From Myxococcales bacterium UBA1660 (GTDB lineage Bacteria; Myxococcota_A; Polyangia; Polyangiales; Houyiibacteriaceae), in contig DCLA01000010.1 of the NCBI GenBank assembly GCA_002320815.1, positions 95,991 through 159,990 of the forward strand: a stretch of 64,000 bases of DNA, given 5' to 3'. This document shows, one piece after another, positions 1-8,898 of this stretch (position 1 is the stretch's first letter; each line of letters starts with the position of its first letter). A model generated the notes under the pieces. It had not been told where the DNA came from, made no database searches, and saw only the letters and a list, made by a program, of their open reading frames with translations. Made by a program: the position numbers and the translations under genes.

Positions 1-723
1 TTCCAGCGGCACTCGGGGGGCGTGACCGCGACCGACGGAGTGGAGCCCATCCTGGAACGCGCCGCGACGGTCGCGCAGGGCGTCGACGATTTCCTCCGCG
101 CCGCGGCGGCGCTGGAGCGCGGGGAAGGGCGGGTCACCGTCTCCAGCCTGGAGATCCTCATCGAGCACGTGCTCGCCCCGGCGCTCCCGGCCTTCCGCGC
201 CGCGCACCCGGGCGTCGACCTGGTCTTCCGCGCCGACTCCCGGATCGTGAGCCTCGAGCGCCGAGTCGCCGACGTCGCGCTCCGGGTGGTGCGCCCCCAC
301 GAGGCGCGGGTGGTCGGCAAGCGGGTGGGCACGGTGGGGTTCGGGCTCTACGCCAGCGCCGCCTACCTCGCGCGCTCGCCCATCGAGGCGCCGGGCGATC
401 TGAGGGGCCACGCCGCCGTGATGTACGCCGCCCCCTGGGACGGCCTGCCGGAGATGCGCTGGCTGACCGAGCGGCTCGGCGGCACCGAGCCCGCCTACCA
501 GGTGGCGACCGCGGCCTCGATGGCGGCCATCGTGCGCAGCGGCGCGGCTCTGGGGGTCCTGCCGACCTTCCTCGCCGAGGGCCTGGTGCGGCTCGCGGAG
601 CCCGAGGCGGAGACCCGGCACGTCTGGGTCGTGCTCCACGAGGACCTGCGACGCGTGCCCCACGTGCGCGCGGTGGCCGACTTCCTCGGCGACACGGTCG
701 CCGCCGCGCTGCCGCCCCGCTGA
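1..723 (+). CDS. LysR-family transcriptional regulator, effector-binding domain (5' end truncated by window edge)
   Basis: The frame is open from nt 1. 'GRVTVSSLEILIEHVLAPALPAFRAAHPGVDLVFRADSRIV' is the typical start of a LysR substrate-binding domain, so the HTH must lie upstream of the window. TGA at 721-723. Confidence 0.8.
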   Translation, partial: FQRHSGGVTATDGVEPILERAATVAQGVDDFLRAAAALERGEGRVTVSSLEILIEHVLAPALPAFRAAHPGVDLVFRADSRIVSLERRVADVALRVVRPHEARVVGKRVGTVGFGLYASAAYLARSPIEAPGDLRGHAAVMYAAPWDGLPEMRWLTERLGGTEPAYQVATAASMAAIVRSGAALGVLPTFLAEGLVRLAEPEAETRHVWVVLHEDLRRVPHVRAVADFLGDTVAAALPPR

Positions 724-726
724 ACG

Positions 727-1183
727 CTACTCGACGCAGACGCAGCCGAAGCCGGCGAAGCCGCTGACGCACATCGCGCCCGCGCCGCACTCGGGCTCGG
801 CACCGCAGCGGCACCCCTCGGCGTCGCACTCGCTGGCGCGCGCAGCGACCGTCTTCGGGGACACAGACAGCGGTCGCCGTGCCACCCGCGTGCTCGTTCG
901 CCCAACGCACGCAGGCCTCCATCCCCATCCCATCGCAGACGCCGGCCTCGAAGGGAGGCACCGGGGTCGGGCACCCTCCGGGCCCGCCGTCGGCCTCGGG
1001 CCCGCCGTCCGCCTCGGGACCGCCGGCGTCGCTGCCCCCATCGGGACCGCCGGCGTCGCTGCCCCCATCGGGACCGCCGGCGTCGCTGCCCCCATCGGTG
1101 GCGCCACCATCGGGGAGGGAGTCACCGTCGTCGTCGCCACAGGCGCCGAGGGCGAGCACGAGGAGGAGCAGAGAGGTGCGCAT
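727..1183 (-). pseudogene. Cys-rich lipoprotein with an apparent frameshift (or assembly indel)
   Basis: ATG at 1183 gives the lipoprotein signal 'MRTSLLLLVLALGAC', followed by DGGSDAGGP repeats. That frame never terminates: it runs antisense into the LysR gene and becomes Arg-rich after about nt 850. A second frame with strong GC3 encodes '...ASECDAEGCRCGAEPECGAGAMCVSGFAGFGCVCVE' and stops with TAG at 727-729. The switch point lies at a GCGCGCGC tract (836-843). Confidence 0.5.
981..1101. repeat. In-frame tandem repeats inside the lipoprotein linker (18 bp x2, then 27 bp x3)
   Basis: 'gggcccgccgtc(g/c)gcctc' occurs twice (981-1016). 'cgccggcgtcgctgcccccatcgggac' occurs about three times (1021-1101). 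On the minus strand these encode PEADGG x2 and DGGSDAGGP x3. Confidence 0.85.
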
Positions 1184-1268
1184 CGCCCGCCATCCTAAGG
1201 CACTTCGCGCGTCGGCGGTGGCTGCCGGGAAGGGGGTGCTCGCCCGCTTCGGTGCTACACTCTCCGCG

Positions 1269-2102
1269 ATGGCTTCTTCCTCTCGGCGCGTGCTTCTCGG
1301 GCCGCTGCTCCTCCTCGGCGGGTGTGTGCTGGGGTACGTCGGGCTGGACGATCTGGAGTGTCCCTGCGCCGAGGGATGGGTCTGCCAGGGCGAGGTCTGC
1401 GTCCGGGAAGACGACGCGGTGGACGGTGGCCCCGTCGCCGACGCTTCGCTCGACGCGGCGGAGCCGGACCTCGGGCGGGACGCCGGGACGAGCGCCGACC
1501 TCGGACCCGACGACCTCGGCCCCGAGGACCTCGGGGTGGACGCGAGCACCTCGCCCTTCCGCGCCATCGCGCCGGGGGACTCGGTGGTGCTCGATCTCGG
1601 CGGCGCCGCGACCACCAACTGGGCGTACATCATGCAGAACGGCATGGTCGGCCCCCTGTTCAGCACCCAGGGCGAGGCGACCAGCGTGACCTTCACCGCC
1701 ACCGGGTTCGTGGGGGAGAACAACGACGGCGCCTCGGCCAACGACTTCGACTACCCGGCGACCGCGGCGCGGGACACGTCCTGGACCGGCTCCTTCGACG
1801 GGCACGCCGCCGCCCTCCCGCTGGTGGCCAACGTCGCCATCGGCGGCCTCCCCCCGGGGAGCTACACGCTTCACCTCTATGCTTCCCGGAGCGGGGACGA
1901 CAGCGGCAACTTCCGGCTCACCCGCTACACGGTCGCCGGCGTGGCCCAGGACCTCGAGGTCTCCGACAACACGTCGACGCGGATCGAGTACGTGGTCGCG
2001 CCCGATGCCGACGGAAGTGTGAGCATCGACGTCCAGGTCAGCCCGGAGGGGACGTCGCGCTTCGCCTACCTCGGGGTCGTCGAGATCACGCGCGACCCCT
2101 GA
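1269..2102 (+). CDS. Lipoprotein of unknown function (paralog A): Cys-knot N-terminus, acidic linker, beta-rich C-terminal domain
   Basis: ATG at 1269 gives 'MASSSRRVLLGPLLLLGGC' (lipobox). 'LECPCAEGWVCQGEVCVRED' follows. The C-terminal domain ends 'SRFAYLGVVEITRDP'. Clear paralog of the next gene. Confidence 0.8.
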   Translation: MASSSRRVLLGPLLLLGGCVLGYVGLDDLECPCAEGWVCQGEVCVREDDAVDGGPVADASLDAAEPDLGRDAGTSADLGPDDLGPEDLGVDASTSPFRAIAPGDSVVLDLGGAATTNWAYIMQNGMVGPLFSTQGEATSVTFTATGFVGENNDGASANDFDYPATAARDTSWTGSFDGHAAALPLVANVAIGGLPPGSYTLHLYASRSGDDSGNFRLTRYTVAGVAQDLEVSDNTSTRIEYVVAPDADGSVSIDVQVSPEGTSRFAYLGVVEITRDP

Positions 2103-2172
2103 GCCCGGCGCTCGGAGAACGCGCCCCGTTCGTCAGGGTGCGTCTCGCCGGTGGGTGGTACGGTCCGCCACC

Positions 2173-3018
2173 ATGGTGAGTTCGTCGCGCTCGCGCGTGC
2201 TGTCGACCACGGTCGTGCTCTCGTTCCTCCTCGGCGGATGCACGTTCGACGAGGTGAGCCTCCAGGGGCTCGAGTGCCCCTGCGCCGAGGGCTGGGTCTG
2301 CCGAGACGAGGTCTGTGTCCGCGCCGAGGAGGCGGTGGACGGCGGAACGGGCGCTCCGGACCTCGGTGAGCCCGACGCGGCGGTCGCCGACGCGGGGACC
2401 GATGACCCGGGGCCCGAGGACGCGGGGCTCGAGGACCTCGGGCCCGAAGACATGTTCGTGGACGGCGGCATCTTCGTCCCCATCGCCGAGGGCGACGGCT
2501 TCCTCGTCGACTTCGGCGGCGCCGCGACGCCCGACTGGGGCTACATCATGAGCAATGGCCTGGTGGGGCCGCTGACCACCACCGGCGGCGCCGCGTCCAG
2601 CGTGACCGTCGCCGCCAGCGGCTTCGCCGGCGAGAACCTCGACGGGGTCCGGACCAACACCTTCGGCTATCCGGAGTCGGCGGCGTCGGACTCCACCTGG
2701 TTGGGCTCCTTCGACTCCCACGAGATCGCGCTCACCCGAACGGGGACGGTGGTCGTCGGAGGGCTCCCGCCGGGGAACTACCGGGTCCGTCTCTACGGCT
2801 CGCGGCTCGAGGACGACTTCGGCCAAGGCCGCCTGGCTCGCTACACGGTGTCAGGCACCGCCCAGGACCTGGAGATCGGCGACAACTCGGACCGCCGTGT
2901 GGAGTTCCTCGCCGAGCCCGACGGCAGCGGCGACCTGGTGATCACCGTCGGCGTGAGCCCGCTGGGGAGCGCGCGCTTCGCCTACCTCGGCGTCCTCGAG
3001 CTCGTTCGGATGCCCTGA
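2173..3018 (+). CDS. Lipoprotein of unknown function (paralog B of 1269-2102)
   Basis: ATG at 2173 gives 'MVSSSRSRVLSTTVVLSFLLGGC'. 'LECPCAEGWVCRDEVCVRAEE' follows. The sequence is collinear with paralog A through to 'ARFAYLGVLELVRMP'. A GTG at 2155 is an alternative start. Confidence 0.8.
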   Translation: MVSSSRSRVLSTTVVLSFLLGGCTFDEVSLQGLECPCAEGWVCRDEVCVRAEEAVDGGTGAPDLGEPDAAVADAGTDDPGPEDAGLEDLGPEDMFVDGGIFVPIAEGDGFLVDFGGAATPDWGYIMSNGLVGPLTTTGGAASSVTVAASGFAGENLDGVRTNTFGYPESAASDSTWLGSFDSHEIALTRTGTVVVGGLPPGNYRVRLYGSRLEDDFGQGRLARYTVSGTAQDLEIGDNSDRRVEFLAEPDGSGDLVITVGVSPLGSARFAYLGVLELVRMP

Positions 3019-3022
3019 GCGC

Positions 3023-3763
3023 TCAGAAGCGCAGGCGCAGGCCGCCCGGACCCACGGCCCTGTCCTCGTCCACCTCGCCGCTGCGGAGGAGGTCGATGAG
3101 ACCCCAGATGGCGCCGGCGAGCACGATCGCGCCGCCCACGCCGAACATCACGTTGGCGCCCAGCGCGTAGTTCTCCGAGCGGTCACGGAGGTCGACGCGC
3201 TCCTGGTGCACCGGCTCCGCCAGCGCGTCGTCGTGGGCGCCGCTGGCGAGGACCCCGAAGACCACCCCGCCGCCGACGACGAGCACCCCCGCGCCGGCGA
3301 CGATCCACGGGACCACGCTCGGCTCTCGGACCTCCGGCGGGGGCGGGGGCGGGGTCCGCTCCTCGGCCGCGGCCCGGGCCTCGCGCTCTCGGGCCTCGCT
3401 CGCCGCGGCGGCGGCCGCCAACTCCTCGCGCTCGCCCACCTGGCGCTCGAGGGTCTCGATCCGCGCCTCGATGGAGCCCCGGTCCTCGATCGCCTCGGCC
3501 TCCTCCAGGTACAGCCGGTAGGCGGCGATGGCGCCTTCGTCGTCCCCCAGGCCCTCCAGGGCGCGGGCCAGGTTGTACTGCAGGATCGGGATGGGCTCGA
3601 TCGCGTAGGCGCGCTTCAGCAACGCCGCGGCCTCGGCGAAGTCTCCGGCCCGGTAGGCGTCCGCGCTCTGGCGGAAGAGCGCCTGGGGGCTCTCGGCGTC
3701 GTCTTGAGCGAAAGTGGCCGTCACCGGGACGAGCAGCAGACCGAGCACGAGGGCGAAACGCAC
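3023..3763 (-). CDS. TPR-containing membrane protein
   Basis: Only the C-terminal third of the 3023-5359 track ORF is protein-like. GTG at 3763 gives the signal 'VRFALVLGLLLVPVTATFAQ'. A TPR-like segment 'FAEAAALLKRAYAIEPIPILQYNLARALEGLGDDEGAIAAYRLYL' follows, then a coiled-coil/Pro-rich linker and two hydrophobic helices. The start could instead be the GTG about 18 nt upstream. Confidence 0.7.
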   Translation of the reverse strand: MRFALVLGLLLVPVTATFAQDDAESPQALFRQSADAYRAGDFAEAAALLKRAYAIEPIPILQYNLARALEGLGDDEGAIAAYRLYLEEAEAIEDRGSIEARIETLERQVGEREELAAAAAASEAREREARAAAEERTPPPPPPEVREPSVVPWIVAGAGVLVVGGGVVFGVLASGAHDDALAEPVHQERVDLRDRSENYALGANVMFGVGGAIVLAGAIWGLIDLLRSGEVDEDRAVGPGGLRLRF

Positions 3764-3862
3764 GCGGGGAGGGTAGCGCACTCCGCGGGGCCGGGGGACT
3801 TCCCGTGCCGCGTGTCGCGGACACCCTTGCCAAGGGGCCCTCCCGGGGGTGAAGATGCCGCG

Positions 3863-5422
3863 GTGCGGAAGCTCACCATCCTCGGGCTCCTCCTGAGCGC
3901 CTGCCAGGGCGTGGTCGGCGATCCGACCGGCTCCACCGAGCCGGTGGAGACGCCGGTGGTCTGCGACGCGCCCCCCGCGCCCTTCCCGGTGCGGCGGCTC
4001 ACCGCGGCCCAGATGCGCCAGACGGCGAGCGACGTGCTCGGCGTGGATCATCCCGTGCCCGTGGAGGACGAACGCCTGGGCACCTTCCCCAGCAACGGCT
4101 CGGTGGCGGTCGACGCGAACATGGCCTCGACGCTGAGCACCTGGGCTGGCGAGGTGGCGGCCGTCGCGGCGCCGGACATCGCCAGCAGCTGCGAGACCTC
4201 CGAGGCCTGCGTGGCCCAGCTCACCGGCGAGGTCGGCCCGCTGCTCTACCGGCGGCCCCTCGCCGACGAGGAGGCGCTCCCCCTCGAGGGCCTCTTCGCC
4301 ACCATCGCGGGCACCCACGATCGGGAGACGGCGGTCCGCTCGGTCCTCGAGGTGATGCTGCAGAGCCCGTACTTCCTGTACCAGGTGGAGCACGCCGAGG
4401 GCCCCGACGAGTGGTCCCAGCTCGCCCGGCTGACCTACGCCCTCTGGAACGCTGGCCCCGACGCGGCGCTGATGGCCCGGGTGGACGAGCTCGGCGACGA
4501 GGCCAGCGCCGAGGCCCTGGTGCAGGACGTGCTCGACGACCCGCGCTTCGAGCGGGGCCTGGGGGCCTTCTTGCGCCCCTGGTTGATGCTGGAGCAGATG
4601 GACGACAGCAACCGGCGCACCGACCTGCACGGTCAGCTCGACGACGCGACCCGCGCCGCCCTGCGCGCCCAGGCGCCCGCGTTCTTCCAGCGCGCGATGA
4701 CGGACGGCCTCGCCTTCGGTGAGCTCTTCACCGTGACCGAGGTCCAGGCCTCCGAGCTCCTGCGGGAGCTCTACGGCGACGACATCCTGGAAGACCGGGG
4801 CGAGACCTGGGTCCTCGACGAGTCGCGGCGTCTCGGTCTCCTCTCGCTCCCCGGCGTCCTCACCGCCAACAGCGGCCCGGAGTCCAGCTCGCCGACCCAT
4901 CGGGGCGTGATGGTCCTGTCCAACCTGCTCTGCTCGCCCCCCTCCGCGCCGCCGCCGAACGTGACCACCGAGCTGCCCGAGATCGAGGGCGCCACCACCC
5001 GCCAGCGGCTGGAGGCCCACCGCGACGATCCCACCTGCGCCGCGTGCCACGAGTCGATCGACGGCATCGGCTTCGCCTTCGAGAACTACGACTGGTTCGG
5101 CCGGTACCGTACCGAAGAGAACGGGTGGCCCATCGACGCCAGCGGCCGGCTGGTCGCCGACGGGGAGGTCCGCACGGTGACCGACGGCATCGAGCTCTCC
5201 CGCGCCCTGGCGGAGAGCGAGCAGGCCCGGGAGTGCTTCGCCGAGATGTGGCTCACCTACGCCGCGGGTCGCTCGCCCCGCGCGAACGATGCCTGTCTGA
5301 TGGAGGAGATGGCCCAGAGCCTCGACGCCCCCGGCGGGCTCCGGGCGATGCTGGTCCACCTCTTCCGCTCCCCCGAGTTCCTGCGCGGCCAGCTGACCCC
5401 GCGCGAGGAGGTGGCCCCGTGA
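3863..5422 (+). CDS. DUF1592/DUF1588/DUF1585-type lipoprotein with a CxxCH motif
   Basis: GTG at 3863 gives 'VRKLTILGLLLSACQG' (lipobox). 'MLQSPYFLYQVE', 'THRGVMVLSNLLCSPP' and 'DPTCAACHESIDGIGFAFENYDWFGRYR' are typical of the Planctomycete/myxobacterial DUF1592 family and include the c-type haem motif CAACH. The upstream part of the track ORF (3206-3862) is antisense to the TPR gene and is not coding. Confidence 0.8.
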   Translation: MRKLTILGLLLSACQGVVGDPTGSTEPVETPVVCDAPPAPFPVRRLTAAQMRQTASDVLGVDHPVPVEDERLGTFPSNGSVAVDANMASTLSTWAGEVAAVAAPDIASSCETSEACVAQLTGEVGPLLYRRPLADEEALPLEGLFATIAGTHDRETAVRSVLEVMLQSPYFLYQVEHAEGPDEWSQLARLTYALWNAGPDAALMARVDELGDEASAEALVQDVLDDPRFERGLGAFLRPWLMLEQMDDSNRRTDLHGQLDDATRAALRAQAPAFFQRAMTDGLAFGELFTVTEVQASELLRELYGDDILEDRGETWVLDESRRLGLLSLPGVLTANSGPESSSPTHRGVMVLSNLLCSPPSAPPPNVTTELPEIEGATTRQRLEAHRDDPTCAACHESIDGIGFAFENYDWFGRYRTEENGWPIDASGRLVADGEVRTVTDGIELSRALAESEQARECFAEMWLTYAAGRSPRANDACLMEEMAQSLDAPGGLRAMLVHLFRSPEFLRGQLTPREEVAP

Positions 5423-6726
5423 GTCGCTTCGGTCGTCGCGGTTTTCTCATCGGCTCCGCCGCGGGCGGACTCGCCGCGCTCCTGCCTTGGACCCGCGCCC
5501 ACTCCCAGGAGCTGCCCCGGCCCAAGCGCCTGGTCCTCTTCTTCACGCCCCACGGGACCCTCTTCGACAGCGGGCGCCCGACCGAGAAGTGGCTGCCGAC
5601 CGGGACCGAGCGGGACTTCACCCTCCACCCGCTGATGGACTCGCTGGTGCCCTTCCAGGACCAGCTCATCGTCACCCACGGCATCGCCAAGCGGCACCGC
5701 GGGCCCGACCTGGGCGGTCCGCACACCACCGGGATGCCCATTCTCTGGAGCGCCGGCGGCGTCACCCCGGAGGGCGACTTCACCCGTGGCGAGCTGCCCT
5801 TCGGGTGGAACAGCCACGCCTCGGTCGACCAGCTCGTGGCCCAGCACCTGGCCACGGTCGATCCCACCCCCTTCGACTCGATGACCCTGGGCGTCGCCTC
5901 CGGCGGCAACCACCCGGGATCCCGGATGATCTACGCCGGGCCCGGGATGCCGGTCACGCCGCTGACCACGCCGCAGGCGACCTTCGACCGCTTCTTCGCC
6001 GGGAGCCTCCCGGGGGAAGAGGCCGACCGCGAGCGCGCCCGGCGGCTCAGCGTCCTCGACGCCGTCCGCGGCGAGCTGACGCGTCTCTCGCCCCGGATGG
6101 GCACCGACGCGCGCCGGCGCCTCGAGGCCCACACCGAGGCGATCCGGAGCCTCGAGCGCGGCCTCCAGTCCTCGCTCTCCGAGTGCGCCATCCCCGACCC
6201 CGAGGTCGGGGACGGTCTCGGCGAGATGATCGACAAGCAGAGCGAGCTGCTGGCCACCGGCCTGGCCTGCGGGCTGACCCGGGTGGGCTCCATCCAGTGC
6301 CGCGTCGGCGAGAACGACGGGCGGGTCTACGACTTCCTGGGCCATACGGTCGGCCATCACTCCCTGACCCACCGGGAGCCCGACGAGCCCGAGGCGCTGG
6401 AGCAGATCCACCGCTTCTACTTCGAGCGCTTCGCGGCCCTTCTGGGCCACCTCGCGCGCTTCCCGGAGGGCGACGGAACCCTGCTCGACCACACCCTGGT
6501 GGTCTGGGGCTCGGACACCCGCGGCTGGGACCACAACTACGCCGCGCCCTTCATCTTCGCCGGGGGCGGGCGCAGCGGCGTCCCCACGGGCCGCTGGCTC
6601 GAGTATGGCGACGTCGAGCACAACCGCATGTTGGTCAGCCTGGCGCACCACATGGGGCTCACGTCGATGGAGACCATCGGCGACGCCGACGAGGGCGCGG
6701 GGCCGCTCTCCGGCCTCCTCGGCTGA
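5419..6726 (+). CDS. DUF1552 family protein with twin-arginine signal
   Basis: GTG at 5419 overlaps the upstream stop (GTGA). 'VSRFGRRGFLIGSAAGGLAALLPWTRAHS' is a Tat-type signal. Conserved partner of DUF1592 proteins. Confidence 0.8.
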   Translation: MSRFGRRGFLIGSAAGGLAALLPWTRAHSQELPRPKRLVLFFTPHGTLFDSGRPTEKWLPTGTERDFTLHPLMDSLVPFQDQLIVTHGIAKRHRGPDLGGPHTTGMPILWSAGGVTPEGDFTRGELPFGWNSHASVDQLVAQHLATVDPTPFDSMTLGVASGGNHPGSRMIYAGPGMPVTPLTTPQATFDRFFAGSLPGEEADRERARRLSVLDAVRGELTRLSPRMGTDARRRLEAHTEAIRSLERGLQSSLSECAIPDPEVGDGLGEMIDKQSELLATGLACGLTRVGSIQCRVGENDGRVYDFLGHTVGHHSLTHREPDEPEALEQIHRFYFERFAALLGHLARFPEGDGTLLDHTLVVWGSDTRGWDHNYAAPFIFAGGGRSGVPTGRWLEYGDVEHNRMLVSLAHHMGLTSMETIGDADEGAGPLSGLLG

Positions 6727-6828
6727 GGCCGACGGCGAGCGGTAAACCCCGGTTTTACCCGCCTTAACTGCCTTTGCCGGTCTGGGCGACGCAGGGTTCT
6801 CCTCATCAACCCCCGAGGAGGTCGCTCG

Positions 6829-8898
6829 ATGTCAGCACCCAAGTCCCACGCCCGCTTCTCTTTTCTGCTCTGTCTCCTGCTCCTGGCCTTCGGCGCCGCC
6901 TGTGGCTCCGACGGCGACGGCGGCACCACCCCCTGCGAGGAAGGCGACGACGCCTGCGTCGAGGCCCTCGACCAGGTCCGCCTCACCTACCTCGACGTCC
7001 AGTACGACCTGAGCCAGCCGGTCTACATCAACAACCGCGTGCCCATCGAGTACGGCCTCACCGGGGCCGGCGGGGACGGCGCCGTCTCCCAGGTCGCGGT
7101 CGCCTTCAGCTTCATCGAGGCCGACCCGGCCGATCCCGAGGCGCCCATCCAGTGCACCTCGAACGCGATGATCGCCGAGCTCCCCGGCGACGGCGCCGAG
7201 CACCGCTTCAACGGGTACATCTGGCCCACCACCGCCTGTGAGGAGCTCCTGGGCCACGAGGTGAACATCGCGGTCGAGTTCGACGGCGGCGACGAGGTGG
7301 AGACCGAGACCGACGCGCCCATCGTCGCCTTCACCACCGCCGCCCAGGGCGAGGCGGTGAACCAGCAGTGCCTCTCCGCGCTGGGCGAGCCCGGCTGCGT
7401 GTACGCCATCGACCTGCAGGCCACCCCCGAGGCCGCGGGCGAGGACCTCATCGACGTGCTCCACGCCGGCATGCAGGCGGGCAGCTCGGTGGGCGTCCTG
7501 CCCCTCGAGGCCATCGCGCCGACCCTCTCCATCGAGTCGATCCTGACGGTCAACGGCCGCGACCCCTACATCGCCGCCGTCGACCCCGCGGACGTCCCCG
7601 AAGACCTCATCGCCGACGAGCCCGGCATCGTCGAGGATCTGCAGTTCGGCCTCTCCGAGGCGGAGGCCCAGGCCCTCATCGGGATGCCCGGCGCCGCCGC
7701 GCTCCGCTACGCCATCCGCCCGACCGGCTCCGAGGACGAGTACCTCCCCCTGCGCGTCGGTCTCCCGGACTCCGAGACCCAGGAGCGCGTGGACGCCATC
7801 GCCGTCGAGGAGCTCCTCCCCGGCACCCCGAACATCTTCGCCCACGAGCTCTACGCCGAGGGCAACACCCGCGTGGCCCTCGCCGAGGGCGGCACCTGGG
7901 GCGCCCTGACTGACTTCGAGGTCCGCGGCTGCTTCGAGGCCGACTTCGTCCAGGAGGGCAACGAGGGGAGCTACGACGGCACCGACGACTGCCGCACGGT
8001 GGAGATCGTGATGGTGCGTGAGACCGAGAGCACCAGCGCCGCGACCGCCCACGAGTTCAACGCCAACCTGGAGCGCACCATCGGCGGCTCGCGCCTGCGC
8101 CTGGAGACCGGTCTGGAGACCCAGAACCGCCTCGACACCGAGGGTGTCTCCAGCCGCATCGAGGGCTACGTGACCATCGCCGGTCGCATCGGCCGGAACT
8201 TCGCGGTCGACGTCGCTCGGGCCTCCGCCGAGGCCGGCGCCGGCCTGGACCCCCTCGCCAACGGCTACGAGGTCTCCGTGGTCGCCTTCGGGGAGACCGT
8301 CTTCGAGGCCAGCGAGACCGGCGGCGAGATCACCCGCGAGGACGAGTTCTCGGTGGCCAAGTCCTTCCGCTTTCCGGGCCTCGGCTTCGGCTTCGGTCCG
8401 GTGCGCATCGGCCTGACCTTCGAGCTCGGCGGCGAGGTGGGCATCGGCATGGAGGACGGCCTCTTCAGCACCACCGACGCCGACATCTGCACCGAGGCCC
8501 TGGGGCAGGACTCCTTCCTCGCCTGCGCCCAGATCGGCCGGACCACTACGCCCTTCTTCGCCTTCACCGGCGTCATCGAGGGCGGCGTCCGCATCGGGCC
8601 GGTCAGCGGCGGCGTCGAAGCCGACCTGCGGCTGGTGAACACCGAGTTCCCGCTGCAGACGACCCTGAGCATCGGCGCCACCGAGGACGGCCGGGTCAGC
8701 GTCGTGGGCAACGCCAACTGGAACCTCGAGCTGCGCCTCATCCAGGGCGACGTGAACATCGTCGGTCGCATCCGCTTCCGCCGCCGGTTCCTGCGCCGCT
8801 TCAACCGCACCTTGCGCGTGAACCTCTTCTCCTTCGCCTCGCCGCTCATCGAGCGCGAGCTCCTGAACCGCTCCATCGCCCTCGAGGAGCTCCTGTGA
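6829..8898 (+). CDS. Large lipoprotein, unknown function (beta-rich C-terminal half)
   Basis: GAGGAGG Shine-Dalgarno at about 6812-6818. 'MSAPKSHARFSFLLCLLLLAFGAACGSDGDGG' is a lipobox signal. High GC3 throughout. The C-terminus 'GLGFGFGPVRIGLTFELGGEVGIG...NANWNLELRLIQGDVNIVGRIRF' suggests beta-strand repeats. No family recognised. Confidence 0.75.
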   Translation: MSAPKSHARFSFLLCLLLLAFGAACGSDGDGGTTPCEEGDDACVEALDQVRLTYLDVQYDLSQPVYINNRVPIEYGLTGAGGDGAVSQVAVAFSFIEADPADPEAPIQCTSNAMIAELPGDGAEHRFNGYIWPTTACEELLGHEVNIAVEFDGGDEVETETDAPIVAFTTAAQGEAVNQQCLSALGEPGCVYAIDLQATPEAAGEDLIDVLHAGMQAGSSVGVLPLEAIAPTLSIESILTVNGRDPYIAAVDPADVPEDLIADEPGIVEDLQFGLSEAEAQALIGMPGAAALRYAIRPTGSEDEYLPLRVGLPDSETQERVDAIAVEELLPGTPNIFAHELYAEGNTRVALAEGGTWGALTDFEVRGCFEADFVQEGNEGSYDGTDDCRTVEIVMVRETESTSAATAHEFNANLERTIGGSRLRLETGLETQNRLDTEGVSSRIEGYVTIAGRIGRNFAVDVARASAEAGAGLDPLANGYEVSVVAFGETVFEASETGGEITREDEFSVAKSFRFPGLGFGFGPVRIGLTFELGGEVGIGMEDGLFSTTDADICTEALGQDSFLACAQIGRTTTPFFAFTGVIEGGVRIGPVSGGVEADLRLVNTEFPLQTTLSIGATEDGRVSVVGNANWNLELRLIQGDVNIVGRIRFRRRFLRRFNRTLRVNLFSFASPLIERELLNRSIALEELL

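Noticed and set aside
6768-6780. A 13-mer, CTGCCTTTGCCGG, shared between the region upstream of the 689-aa lipoprotein gene (6768-6780) and the island region upstream of the DUF4365 gene (16932-16944). Both are followed about 15-20 nt later by GGGTTC.
   Set aside because: A single 13-nt match is within chance expectation for a 64-kb biased-composition window searched on both strands. It does not fit sigma70 or sigma54 consensus spacing. It is only worth revisiting if genome-wide motif discovery recovers it.
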